A stretch of 64,000 nt of DNA from Octopus vulgaris. Its lineage: Eukaryota. Of this stretch, positions 1 to 12,441 are shown piece by piece. A program made the position numbers and the translations under genes. Where the stretch lies: contig OX597833.1 in NCBI GenBank assembly GCA_951406725.2, forward strand, positions 44,888,001 to 44,952,000, read 5' to 3'. The notes beneath the pieces are model-generated. The model saw only the letters and a list, made by a program, of their open reading frames with translations, made no database searches and was not told where the DNA came from. Within the stretch, counting starts at the first letter, position 1. Every line of letters starts with the position of its first letter.

Positions 1-147
1 CTACCGTTCAAAAGGAAAAGATATATATATAGTGTGTGTGTGTGATTGATAAGATAAGTACTAGACTTTAAAAAAAACTTTTAAATAAGTACTGGGCTCG
101 ATTCGTTCAACTACAGTTCTTGGCGGTGCCCCAGCGTGGCCAAAGTC

Positions 148-776
148 GGATCTTTTCCTTTTGAACGGTAGATGTCAACACAATTTCTAGTTAACTAAAC
201 ACTTTTAAACTTTGTATACTGGTAGAATGTATTTATAAAACATCATTTTCTCTTGGTTTTATTGAGAAAATTCTTTAGTTTGTAAGATATTTCGTCTGAA
301 AATCCAAGCATTTCGGCAATTTTAACCAATCGATTACCTCCATTCAACTAAAATCATTTGCTGCGTCTAAAACTGAGACAACATCCTGTAACTAACCCTA
401 AACCTCCCCCTAACCCTAACTTTTTTTTCTTAATTGTTAAATTAATTTAATTCCATTGCTTTAGTTTTTTTACACGCGTAACAATTAAATTAATTTAACA
501 ATTAATATAAAAAAATTTAGGGTTGGCGGGGGGGAGGTTGAGGGTTAGTGACAGGATGTCGTCTCAGTTTTAGATGCAGCAAATGATTTTAGCTCAATAG
601 AAGGCATAGGATTGGTTAAAATTCGAAAAATTAAACTACGTTAAACAAACAAATTACAATTTTCTCAAGAAAGCCAAGAGAAAAAAATGTTTTATTTTGA
701 CACATTCTACCAGTATACGAAGTTTTAAAGTGTTTAGTTGACTAGAAATTGTCTGCCGTTCAAAAGGAAAAGATCC
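148..776. mobile_element. Foldback-type non-autonomous DNA transposon (MITE), ~300-bp inverted arms, 8-bp TSD
   Basis: Starts GGATCTTTTCCTTTTGAACGG and ends CCGTTCAAAAGGAAAAGATCC; arms stay complementary to a central spacer at ~453-482; flanked by CCAAAGTC at 140-147 and 777-784; interrupts a SINE tail. A second TIR end occupies 1-22. Confidence 0.85.
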
Positions 777-1719
777 CCAAAGTCTAATGACTATAGCAAA
801 TAAAAGAATACACATACACACACACAGCTAATTGTGACATTACTGTTACAATTGGTTTCTCATTCTATGTTAAATTTATTCATATCCAATACTTGAAGGT
901 GTGAAAACGCACACAGCCTTAATGTCACTGCATAATGATTTCTCATGGAATACTTTCATTAAACTACTTGAGGATGGGAGCTGTGGGAAGCTGCAACACT
1001 CCGGCTGATGCTTCTTGACAAAGGCATTGACTCAAAACTCGACTGTCAGTTTAAGTCAGATGAATTTTCCTTGCTATTTCACAGCACTGTTATTCATTGC
1101 ATCAGATCTTGTATTCTAAAGAAGTGGGAATTACATTATAACAAATTTATATTCATAGGTAGAGTGAAGTTAATATATTGGTGGTAACTATACATTCAGG
1201 GGATTTGTACCCTCTACTACAGGCAAGTAAAATATCAGTTAATGCTATACCTAAGAGCATTAACATGATAATTATAATGATAGGAAGTACCCCTGAAATT
1301 AGAATATAGACTGCTTTGGGTCATTATTAAGTTAGAATTACTCTCCTGCACACTTAGCTTATTGACAGCAAATAACCCCACTTTACATGTCTGATGGAAT
1401 TAAGTTCCTTTTAATCCTTTTCCTTGCTTTGTACTTGAAATAATAAAATTGTTGATTATGTTTAGAGATGTAATTGTGACAAGTGCCAACATTGGAGGTT
1501 TAATATTGTTGATGTTAGGCTTTAAAGGATTATTTTATAGTAATTTTATAATCCTATTATGTGAATGATTATATGTTTATTTTATTATAATAATTATGAA
1601 GAGAGATAACTACTTTAAAATTTGATGGAATTATTTGAGATAATCAAATTAGAAATCACTTAGCTTTAGTTGTATGTCTATTCAACTTTGCATTTCTTGA
1701 CATAAATATATATATGAAG

Positions 1720-1761
<42 letters not shown>

Positions 1762-2241
1762 ACTTTATTTTTTCTTGTGCTTACCTAATTTTATTGTTCT
1801 CAAAAAACCTGTTATATTCTTTCATTTACATATTTTACACACCATTGACCCTGAGGTTTGCCTAACCTATTTATTCTTTGCGATACTTTAGTGCAGTAGA
1901 TATTTTCTAGGAGTTAATATATACATAAAAATTGAGCTAAGAAAGTCAGATTAAGTTTGAAATACACAGACTAGTTTGTCTGGGTTTCTTATTATAGGGT
2001 ACTTATTTTTTTGTTTTTTTCTTAAACAATATCTTTACAGCCTCATTCTTATGTTCAGTCTTGTCTGGATTGATCTTTTTTCTCTTTCTGTGTTCATTGA
2101 TTTATTACTAAATACACTTGAATCGATTCAAACTATCTTAAAGTAAATGATTATGGGCCTTGAATTTATCATTATAATCATCACTATTATTAATATAAGT
2201 TGTACCAATTAAAATTCAAGTTATCAATCTGGTTATATTAA

Positions 2242-2685
2242 CCCTTTCGTTACCAACCTGGCTGAAACTGGCTCTGGCTCTGAGTACAAATGTCTGGTTT
2301 CCATAAGTTTTGAATTAAAATCTTCCACCGAACCTTAGTCACATTTTATGTTCCTAACACTAGCTTCATGATAACTAAGTTATTTTACTAAATTCTTTGT
2401 TATATTTAACCCTTTAGTATTCAGATTACTCTGTTAAATGTAATATTTTTTTACTCAAATTGTTTTGAATTAATCAAGCATTATCTTATAGCTTTGGGGT
2501 TTCAATGATGTAATTGTTTATTTTTAGAATGTCAATGTAGGTTAGGTGTGAGAGGTTAGATATCGCCAGTTTTAATATAAAACATATAGAATATTTGGGC
2601 CGGATATGGCCGGTTTAAACACTAAAGGTTTAAAGTAATTGAAAGAAACACAGAGCATTTCAAAATAAATACAGTAACAAAAGGG
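2242..2685. mobile_element. piggyBac-like MITE (TTAA TSD, CCC..GGG ends) containing a nested second TTAA MITE at 2410-2629
   Basis: TTAA-CCCTTTCGTTAC...GTAACAAAAGGG-TTAA; inner TTAA-CCCTTTAG...CTAAAGGT-TTAA; uninterrupted outer copy at ~40220-40430; inner family recurs at ~6220-6440 and ~45390-45610. Confidence 0.8.
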
Positions 2686-3354
2686 TTAAGCAGTTAAGTC
2701 ACTTTTTGATCATTTCCTGGTTGCTGACTATCTTACTTGTAGCACATTTTGACAGTTATGTCTTTCTCCTGTTCCCTTTAGACATTTGTCTCTAGGTTTT
2801 TATGCTATATCATTATAACCTTTTTGTATTTAGCTGGCAACATTTTCCAAGCTTTTTATTGCAATGAAGCTCACTGAAGCATATAATGTACACTTGGGCC
2901 AAAGATTTTTCAACTTGAGTGACATCAGTTTGTGTCTAGTGATGCTGAAAGATTGTCTGATTCTCAACAGTTAATCCATAATAAGTTTAGAAGATTAATG
3001 CAATAAAATCATTCTCATACTGTGCCAAGAAAGATTAACTCAACATACCTTTATATTAGTATAAAGACATCAGTATCATGAGGCAGCATAATTGAAAAGT
3101 AAAGGTTGAAAACATAGGAGGTTACTCTTGAGTATAGAAGGATGCATCATATGCTGTATTACTGTTATCCTGTTATAATTATCAAACGAAATTAGAGTGA
3201 ATTCTTGCAGAACTACACCACAGATTTTTGTGTACAGTAGTAAAGATCTTTTCAACTTATGGTAATGTCTTTAGAACTTCATTAAGACATTAATTTTTGA
3301 AACCACATATTTTGAAGTTATTTAATCCATCTATGAAGGTGGTGTTAAGGCCTC

Positions 3355-3385
<31 letters not shown>

Positions 3386-5104
3386 CAAAGAAGACCAAGT
3401 GCCTGGCATGTTAGATTTTTCACTCATCCTCAACATTTCAATGTGCTTTACTTTTCTTTTGTGAACTTTTGTGGATTAACTCTCACCAACACAGACTACC
3501 GCAAGTTGCCTTGGATTCTGGATCTTACCCTTTTATTACAATATAACCTGCAACCTCTTTTCACTATGCCTAACTTAAAAACTTATACATACAGAGTATA
3601 CACTATGAACACAGAAGGTATCTACTTGCCCTTTTTCCAACCTGCTGTCACTCAACCTACATCTTTTCACTGGCATCTTCACTGAAAGATGATTTGGTTG
3701 TCACATACACTTCATCAGCTTGTGCCTCCATCATCATCGTGTCATTCTACCCCATTTTGGACTCAGTTTTACCCTTCTAGCTCCTTACCAGAGGCCCTGC
3801 CTTCTCCTTAATGTACTGGATATGTCCTTATTAGTTTTTTTACAGCGACTCATCTGTGACTCACAACATCCACTCTTGCTCCTTTCGTCTTGTTCTAATC
3901 AGATGCTTAACTTAGGGTAGTGCAAATTATTTTGGTCTTTGAAAGGGATGATGCTGGCTCAACATCCCTCCTCCGGGGCTCACCACACTTTGTCAGTTCT
4001 CTTACTGGTGTGACATTGTCAAGAAGGCAGAGCAGCAGTGGTTTTTTCACATTGATCTCTACAGAGACAATGTCCTCTGTCAACTTAGTGACTACCAGTT
4101 TTATCAAAAACTTCCAAGAAATAGTATCCTTGCAAACACAATGCTAATCTCTACTATGGCTCACCAGTTCAACTCCTTTGCATTACATCCTGCTACCCCA
4201 CACTCCCACTATGTACTTCTTCCCAAAAGTTGACAAGTCCAACACTCCCGACCAGCCATGCAGTTGGTTAGCAGGCTACTTACCACACAGCCACTCTGGG
4301 CCTATATACACATATTTCTAAAAGAACAAATGCCTGAAATGCTGGTTGCTTCTTTCTACTTGACACATCAAGTCAGTGTAATTTTTTTCTTGTACAAACT
4401 TTTATGACATAACTTTTGCTGATGCAGTTTCCTCAAATTCCAGATCTTTCCTTAATGCATTTAATCAGTTAGTTGGTACTTATGGCTTTAAGAAACAAAA
4501 TTATATTATGTAACAGCATGGCCCAGGCCCATATACACTCTAAGGTGAATTCTTTTTTTCATGATTAACTTTGGCTTTGTTTAAGTTTTATCTGCCTAAG
4601 ATTGGAATAAATAACTGCCGATAATTTACTGGTCTTTATTCAGTAGATTGTTACCATACCTTTAATAATTATTGGTCTACTCTAAAAGGACTTATCAGCA
4701 GTGGATGGTGGAATCAGTAAAAAGCTAAACAAAATTCTGTGTGGCATTTAGCTATTGCGCCTTGTGTTCTGAGTTCAAATCCTGCCGAAGTCCTCTTTAC
4801 TTTTCATTTTTACCTTGACTGATAGATACCTGTTATACATTGAAATTGCATTGAAAAAAATACCAGTTATCCATTGAAGCTGATTTAATAAACCATGCCC
4901 CACTTCTGCCAAAAAAATATGCGGTGAAAATAATGATTATTAGGCACAGGCATAGTCGTGTGGTAAGAGACCTACTACCCAACCATATGGTTCTGGGTTT
5001 CAGTCTCACTGCATAGCACCTTGGGCAAGTGTCTTCCACTAAAGCCTCAGGCTGACCAAAGCTTTGCGAGTTGATTTGGTAAATTGAAACTTTTCGTTTT
5101 GTAG

Positions 5105-5185
5105 AAATCCTGAAAGGAAAACCAAAGATGCTCAGCTTCGAGCTGCAATGAACCAGCAACTGAAAGACAGTGGTGAAAGAGAAAA
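5105..5185 (+). CDS. ENY2: ENY2 duplicated exon, copy A (NPERKTKDAQLRAAMNQQLKDSGEREK)
   Basis: TTTTGTAG acceptor, AA|GTGAGT donor, 81 nt, phase 2-2, 74/81 identical to 7603-7683; whether it is spliced in is unknown. Confidence 0.55.
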
Positions 5186-5446
5186 GTGAGTAATTATAGC
5201 AAATCCTTTTACTAGTGTCATTCATTTAATGGTGGCCATGCTGGAGCATTAATGTAAATGTTTTAATTATTAACCAGTTTAATAGTAGAATTGGCTTAAT
5301 AATGAACTAGAGCAGTCAATATTGGAAACACTGTGAGAAGGAGTGTGGAATAGGAGTGAGTTTCTAGTAAGTTGCATACGCTGTTGAAATTGGACTCTTA
5401 GTTGAAGCAACATGACAAAGGACTGAGATACCTGGCACCTTGCTGT

Positions 5447-5752
5447 ATGTGGAAGCACATGGCCGAGTGGTTAGAGCAGCGGACTCGCGGTCGAGGGATT
5501 GCAGATTCGAATCTCAGACCGGGTGATGTGTGTGTTTATGAGCGAAACACCTAAGCTCCACGAGGCTCCAGCAGTAGGTAATGGCGAACTTCTGCTGACT
5601 CTTTCACCACAACTTTCTCTCACTCGTTCCTCCTGCATCTTGCAGTTCACCTGCGACGGACCGGCGTCCCGTCCAGGTGGGGAACCTATATGCCAAGGAA
5701 ACCAGGAAACCGGCCCTTATGAGCCAGGCATGGCTCGAGAAGGAACAAACAA
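5447..5752 (+). mobile_element. tRNA-derived SINE (family B) with 11-bp TSD
   Basis: A box TGGCCGAGTGG, B-box-like GATTCGAATC; TSD CACCTTGCTGT at 5436-5446 and 5753-5763; absent from the paralogous segment near 7930-7940. Confidence 0.85.
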
Positions 5753-7602
5753 CACCTTGCTGTGCTCATGAAGACCCATAATCCACAGCAGATGTGTCAA
5801 GGCTGCTCCCCATGGTGAAGAAGACTGGCCTGCAAGATTCCTGCACTGGTGCCATGTAAAAAGCACACATGTCAGTACCATGTAATAGTGCTCATACAGT
5901 ACCACGATAACTGCACTCAGCAGATTGTGTAAAGTGGTTGGCATTAGGAAGGGTATCCAGCCATAGAAACCAATCCAAACCAGACTGGAACTTGATGCAG
6001 CTCTTGGGCTTGCCAGCTCGGGTTAAACCAATAAGAACTGGGGTCAATCTGTTCAACTAAAACCTTTCAAGGCAGAGCCTCAGTATGGCTGCAGTCCAAT
6101 GAATGAAACAAGTAAAAGATAAAAAGAAATGAGTTTTAGATGATTTGATCATTCAAGTTTGCAACACTCAGCTGTCAGTAGTTCTATATAATTCATAATT
6201 ATTTCATATTTTTGCAGTACCCACTGGTATTCAGATTATTCTGTTAAATGTAATGCTTATTTATTCAATTGTTTTGAATTAATCAAGCATTATCTCATAG
6301 ATTTGAGACTTTTATGATGTGATTGCTTATTTTTAGAATGTTATTGTTGGGTAAATGTGATGGACCAGCTCTAGCTGGTTTGAACATAAAACAGGTAGAA
6401 TATTTGGGCCAGAAATGGCCTGTTTAAATGCTAAAGGGTTAAAATGTGAAGAAGCACTTCCTTGAAGTCAATTACGTTAATCCTCCATTGAAGAACGCCT
6501 CTGATTAGATGTCAGACAACTTTATTAATTACATAATAATTATCATTCATTTTCATTATTATTTAACAACCTTTTTTCCATACTGCTATGTGTTGGATGG
6601 TTTGAAATGAATAGACAGGCCACTCTGCAGGGTGATTGGTTTTAGGAAGGGCATCCATCTGTAAAAACTGTACCAAAACGGATACAGAAGTTTGGTGCAG
6701 TCTTCTACCTGGCCAGCTCCTGTCAAACCATCCAACTCATTGAACAATGATGATGAGACAAACCAGGGGGCAGTGCCAAACTCCAGTGTCTGCTTTGGCA
6801 TAGTTTCTACAGCTGGATGCCATTCCTAATACCAACCACTTCACAAAGTGAGTGTAGAGGGTGTTTTTTTGTTTTTTTTTTATGGCACTAGCACGATCAC
6901 CAAGTACTTGCAAGACAAAACTCTCTCAACTAAGTGGAGTACAGTATTGAGGGATAAGAAAGCTAGATGGAGAGACAGGAGCAGGTGTCTTGCAGAAGTG
7001 GTGCATACATGTCTTGCCCATCTGAAAAGAGAGAGAGAGAGAGAGATGCAAGGTCAAGGTGAATATCATCATCATCATCATGATTTAACATCCATTTCTT
7101 ATGCTGGCATGGGTTGGGCTGTTTGTCCAGAGCTGGCAAGCCGAAGAGCTGAACTAGGTTCCACTCTGATTTAGCATGGTTTCTATGGCTGGATGCCCTT
7201 CCTAATGCCAACCACTTTACAGGATGAGCTGGGTGTTTTTTATGTATCACTAGTACAGATTTCTTTTGTGTTACCAGAACAAGTGCCTTTTACATATCAC
7301 CAGCACTAACCACGACAGGCTTCTACACAGCTTCCATCTAACAAGTTCACTCACAAGGCAGTGGTTGACCCAGGTCTATAGTAGAAGACACATGTTCAAG
7401 GTGCCACAGGCTTGCAAAATAAGCTTAACCACACACCATCCAAATATGTCACTAAAATGGATGAAAATGTTTTACTTTTAAATTACACAACTTTAAATTG
7501 AATTGCTTTAATTCATTAAGATTTTCGTAATCTTAAAATACTTTTTTGTGTTTTGTGGGGTTTTCTTTGTTTTGTTTATTTATTGTCTAATTTGTCTTGT
7601 AG

Positions 7603-7683
7603 AAATCCTGAAAGGAAAGCCAAAGATGCTCAGCTTCGAGCTGTAATAAACCAGCAACTGATGGAGAGTGGTGAAAGAGAAAG
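7603..7683 (+). CDS. ENY2: ENY2 exon, copy B (NPERKAKDAQLRAVINQQLMESGERER)
   Basis: Matches the ENY2/Sus1 N-terminal helix ([21 protein letters not shown] in human); TTGTAG acceptor, AG|GTAATT donor. Confidence 0.9.
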
Positions 7684-8734
7684 GTAATTATGGCAAACTA
7701 TTTTTCTGGTTTCATTCATTTAACTGTGGCCATGCTGTAGCATTAATGTAAATGTTTTAATTATTAACCAGTTTAATAGTAGAATTGGCTTAATAATGAA
7801 CTCGAGCAGTCAATATTGGAAACACTGTGAGAAGGAGTGTGGAATAGGAGTGAGTTTCTAGTAAGTTGCATACACTGTCGAAATTGGACTCTTAGCTGAA
7901 GCGAGATGACAAAGGACTGAGATACCTGGCACCTTGCTGCACTCAAGAAGAACTATGCTTCCCCTGGCGAAGGGGATTGACCTGAAAGACTCCTGCACCG
8001 GTGTCATGTAAAAAACACTGATGCTAGTGCTATGTAATAGTGCTCATGTGGTGCCACATTAACTGCACTCAGCACACTCTGTAAAGTGGTTGGCATTAGG
8101 AAGGACATCCAGCCATAGAAACCAATCCAAACCAGACTGGAACCTGGTGCAGCTCTTGGGCTTGCCAGCTCGAGTTAAACCAATAAGAACTGGGGTCAAT
8201 CTGTTCAACTAAAACCCTTCAAGGCAGAGCCTCAGTATGGCTGCAGTCCAATGAACGAAACAAGTAAAAGATAAAAAGAAACGAGTTTTAGATGATTTGA
8301 CCATTCAAACTATTTTTATAAATTCATTCAAGTTTGCAACCCTCAGCTGTCAGTAGTTCTATATAATTCATAATTATTTCATATTCTTGCAGTACCCACT
8401 GGTATTCAGATTATTCTGTTAAATGTAATGCTTATTTATTCAATTGTTTTTTTTTTTTATGGCACCAGCACTAGCGAGTTTAGAAGATGAGTTGTTGGGG
8501 GAAGGTTTGACAGAACCTCACTGATGAGCTGGATTGGTCTTCTTGAGAACAGCATATCATCAGTCATCTTGGACCCCTTTCATCTCCTCCAAGTGGCTCA
8601 TCATCATTGTCAAAACAGATATTATAATTGTTTCAATAAGTGTGATTAATAGTCAGTCACTTGACTTTTCCTAATCAAATACATTCATTGAAGGTAATTT
8701 AATTTTGGTATCTCTTCTTTCTTAATAATTTCAG

Positions 8735-8805
8735 GTTAAAGGAGTTATTAAGAACTCGATTAATTGAATGTGGATGGAGGGACCAACTGAAAGCACATTG
8801 CAAAG
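8735..8805 (+). CDS. ENY2: ENY2 exon ([23 protein letters not shown])
   Basis: Signature [12 protein letters not shown]; TTTCAG acceptor; the only in-frame donor is AAG|GCTAGT (GC). Confidence 0.92.
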
Positions 8806-10559
8806 GCTAGTATTAGTGTAAATAATTACTTTTCATTCTTTCATGTTCATCTCCATTTCAGTGTTATAGATTGGTTGAGTTTTTAAGGCCTCAAATAAAT
8901 GCCTTGTGGTATTTTATTTTAAATCTTTGTATTCTGAATTCAGATCCCTCCAAGATCAACATCGTCTCTTGTCCAAACAGGTTCAATAGTATAAAGTACT
9001 AGAGGGCAGATGGGGAAACGTTCCTCCCTTTCTTACACAGAATCAGCTGCACTGCAATGCGAGGAATGAAGGGCCATTCATAGCAGCCCTTTCCTCCAAG
9101 ACAACCACTTCCACTTTATCTCAGAGTAAGAGTGTGGTCTCTCTGAGACTTTAGTAGAGTATGGCATATAATGGTGATGTGCTGCTATAATTTATTGCAT
9201 GTGACACGTAAAAAGCACCCACTACACTCACGGAGTGGTTGGCGTTAGGAAGGGCATCCAGGTGTAGAAACACTGCCAGATCAGACTGGGCCTGGCGCAG
9301 CCTACTGGCTCCCCAGACCCCAGTTGAACTATCCAACCCATGCTAGCATGGAAAACGGACGTTAAACGATGATGATGATGATCTGTGTGCTCAGAACTGC
9401 ACAGAGACACATATTTGCACATGCGTTTAAAGTTGATAATTCACTCTGTTGCTGCTCTTGAGCGTCATTCAAATACTGCAGGTGACTAATTCAACTAAAC
9501 TCCTTACTCAAAATGTTTGGCCTTGTTATTATGCAAGGAGGTAAGTTGGCTGGATTGTAGGAGCTTAGGATATTCAGTTATGGATCTTCTAAATTCAAAC
9601 CCCACCTAGGTCAACTTAGCCTATCATTCCTTTTTTGTGGATTGATGAAATATAATAACAATCAATACAGGAGTTGATGTAATTGACTAAACCCCTCCTA
9701 CCAAAATTGATGGTCTTATGCCTAAATTAGAAATAATTAAAGGTGGCAAGCTGGCAGAATGATTAGCATGCCAGACAAAAGGCTTAATGGTATTTTTTCT
9801 ATATCTTAACATTCTGAATTCAAATGCCACCAAGGTCAACTTTGCCTTTCGTTCTTTCGGAGTCTATAAAATAAGTTCCAGTTGGGCACTGGAGTCAATA
9901 TAATCGACTTACTCTCTCTCACCAAAATTGATGGCCATGTGCCTAAATTAAAAACAATTACTGTCACTCAGTTGTTAGAGAATCGGGCTCGCAATCATGA
10001 AGTAGTGAGTTCAATTTGCGAACCAGGCTGTATAGTTGAGCAAGACACTTTATTTCACATTGCTCCAGTTCAATCTGTTGTAGAAATGAGTTGCGATGTC
10101 AATGGTGCCAAGCTGTATCAGCCTGTGCCTTTCCCTTGGGTAACATCAGTGGCGTGGTGAGAGGAGGCTGGTATGCATGGGCGACTGCTGGTCTTCCATA
10201 GACCATCTTGCTCAGATTTGTGCCTCGGAGGGAAACTTTCTAGGTGCAATCCCGTGGTCATTCATGATCAAAGGAAGTTTAACCCTTTACTATCATTATT
10301 ATTATAATTATCATTAGTTAGCAGAAATGCTAGAGTGCTAGGCAAAGGATGTTTTAATATTTGATTGTGATCCTCTGTGTTATACTTCAACTATAACTTT
10401 CAATCATATCAGTACAATAAAATAAAATATCAGCTATACGTTAATGTTGATTCAATTGATAAAACTCTTCTGTCATACATTTGAGACTACATTACAATGT
10501 CAGAAATCAATGTTATATTGCAATTTATATCCTTATTTGTTTGTGTTCTTGTTTTTCAG

Positions 10560-10634
10560 ACATAGTGAAGAAAAAAGGACTTGAATGTGTAACGGTTGAT
10601 GATTTGGTCACACAGATAACACCAACTGGTCGAG
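10560..10634 (+). CDS. ENY2: ENY2 exon (DIVKKKGLECVTVDDLVTQITPTGR)
   Basis: KGLE.VTVDDLV..ITP.GR motif; TTTCAG / G|GTATGT; 75 nt, phase 1-1. Confidence 0.93.
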
Positions 10635-10678
10635 GTATGTTTGTGTCTCTTCTGCTGCATTTGTGCATCATAGTCATT

Positions 10679-11077
10679 CAGGAATGGCTGTGTGGTAAGT
10701 AGCTTGCCTACCAACCACATGGTTCCGGGTTCAGTCCCACTGCGTGGCACCTTGGGCAAGTGTCTTCTACTATAGCCTCAGGCCGACCAAAGCCTTGTGA
10801 GTGGATTTGGTAGACGGAAACTGAAAGAAGCCCGTTGTATATATGTATGTATATATATATGTATATGTGTGCGTGTGTGTCTGTGTCTGTCCCCCTAGCA
10901 TTGCTTGACAACCGATGCTGGTGTGTTTATGTCCCCGTCACTTAGCGGTTCGGCAAAAAGAGACCGATAGAATAAGTACTGGGCTTACAAAGAATAAGTC
11001 CTGGGGTCGAGTTGCTTGACTAAAGGCGGTGCTCCAGCATGGCCGCAGTCAAATGACTGAAACAAGTAAAAGAGTAA
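10679..11077 (+). mobile_element. tRNA-derived SINE family A with CORE-like CCTTGGGCAAGT segment and internal (TA)n(TG)n; representative of more than 15 copies
   Basis: A box TGGCTGTGTGG, B box GGTTCAGTCCC, tail GAAACAAGTAAAAGAG; near-identical copies at 31322, 31988(-), 42821, 43535(-), 45630, 49770, 53366(-) and others. Confidence 0.85.
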
Positions 11078-12358
11078 AAAAAAAGAGAGTAAGTGTTCCA
11101 GGGGACATTTGGAGAATCTAGTGGAATTTGTAAAAAAGAACTGGATGTGTAATCTTAGTGTGTGTAAACAACAGAACACAAGCTGAGAGAAAAATTGACT
11201 AGAAGAGAAACCATCTGATATGGGCATACAATGTGTGTGGAAGATACCAGTTGTATAAAGAGGTGCTGGAAGAAGGAAATTTAGGAAGGCATGAGACAAA
11301 GTTAGGATAACTGATTTTAAGATGTTGAACCTCACAAAGGAGACAAAGAATCATGACAAGTGAGGACACACAATGCTACAGAAAATTGCCCAACAATATA
11401 AGTATGGCAAAACAGTCATAAAATAATGGTAGGTTGAGATACATTGTATATTCTACTATGTATCTCTTGCTCATTATATTCCTGTTGAGTCTCCGTCTAC
11501 TACACCCTTTGTTACTCTCTCATCTAGCACTCATTGTCTGTCCTATTAATGTAAAACTCTATCTGTGTAACATCCATTTTTCCATATTTGCATGGGTTGG
11601 ATGAAGTTTGAGGCAAATTTTCTACAGCCGGATGCCCTTCCTGTTACCAATCCTCACCTGTTTCCAAGCAAGGTAATATTTCTCCACCGCCAAACGTGTT
11701 CATGTGAAATATTGGAGATGAATGAAGCTGCTTGTATGACAATGACAGTCATTTATAACTGTCACACAATGCCAAGAAAAGGAGACACACACACACAACT
11801 GGCTTCTTTCAATTTTCTGTCTATCAGATCCACTCACAAGGATTTGGTCTGCCTGGTGCTATAATAGAAGACACTTGCCCAAGGTGCCACGCAGTGGGAC
11901 TGAACCTGGAACCATGTGATTGGTTAGCAGACTTCTTCACCACACAGCCATATCTTGCACCTCATTTGATCTGTCCATACACTGACCAGTACCATAACCC
12001 TTCTCTGCTGCAGGTCATCATACTCTCTCTCTCCGAGTGACTCTTTATTAACATGTACCATCATCCATCTCTGATAGTTATTAGCTCTCGCCGTCTCTGT
12101 CTCTTGCTATCCCATCACCCACTACACTATAAAGTGGCAGCATTTGTTAGGAAGGGCATCCAGCTATAGGAAACATCAAAATAATGGAACCTGTGTGCAA
12201 GACATTACCTTCTGAGTCATTTAAGATGTCAGTAACTCTAAATAAGAGCTGACTTGGATCATGATGGTCTGTCTGTCCAAGCCATCTCTGTATAGAAAAT
12301 TGAACATAAAATGATGACAGTATACTGATAAATATTTTTTCCTTTTTTTTTTCTTCAG

Positions 12359-12441
12359 CTCTTGTTCCTGATGATGTTAAACGAGAACTCCTTCAACGAA
12401 TTCGAACATTCCTTTCACAACAAACCCCTAATATGTGGTAA
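12359..12441 (+). CDS. ENY2: ENY2 last coding exon (ALVPDDVKRELLQRIRTFLSQQTPNMW*)
   Basis: ALVPD.VK.ELLQRIRTFL motif; poly-T/CAG acceptor; TAA at 12439-12441; AATAAA at ~12529 and 12738. Confidence 0.93.

Noticed and set aside
390-550. Interstitial telomere
   Set aside because: Only a few TAACCC/TTAGGG units, internal to a foldback element.
785-5100. ENY2 first coding exon and promoter
   Set aside because: No convincing ATG exon with a phase-2 donor could be identified by eye; it may be very short or upstream of the window.
5455-5525. tRNA-like sequence
   Set aside because: It is the head of a TSD-flanked SINE, repeated with the same body; not a tRNA gene.
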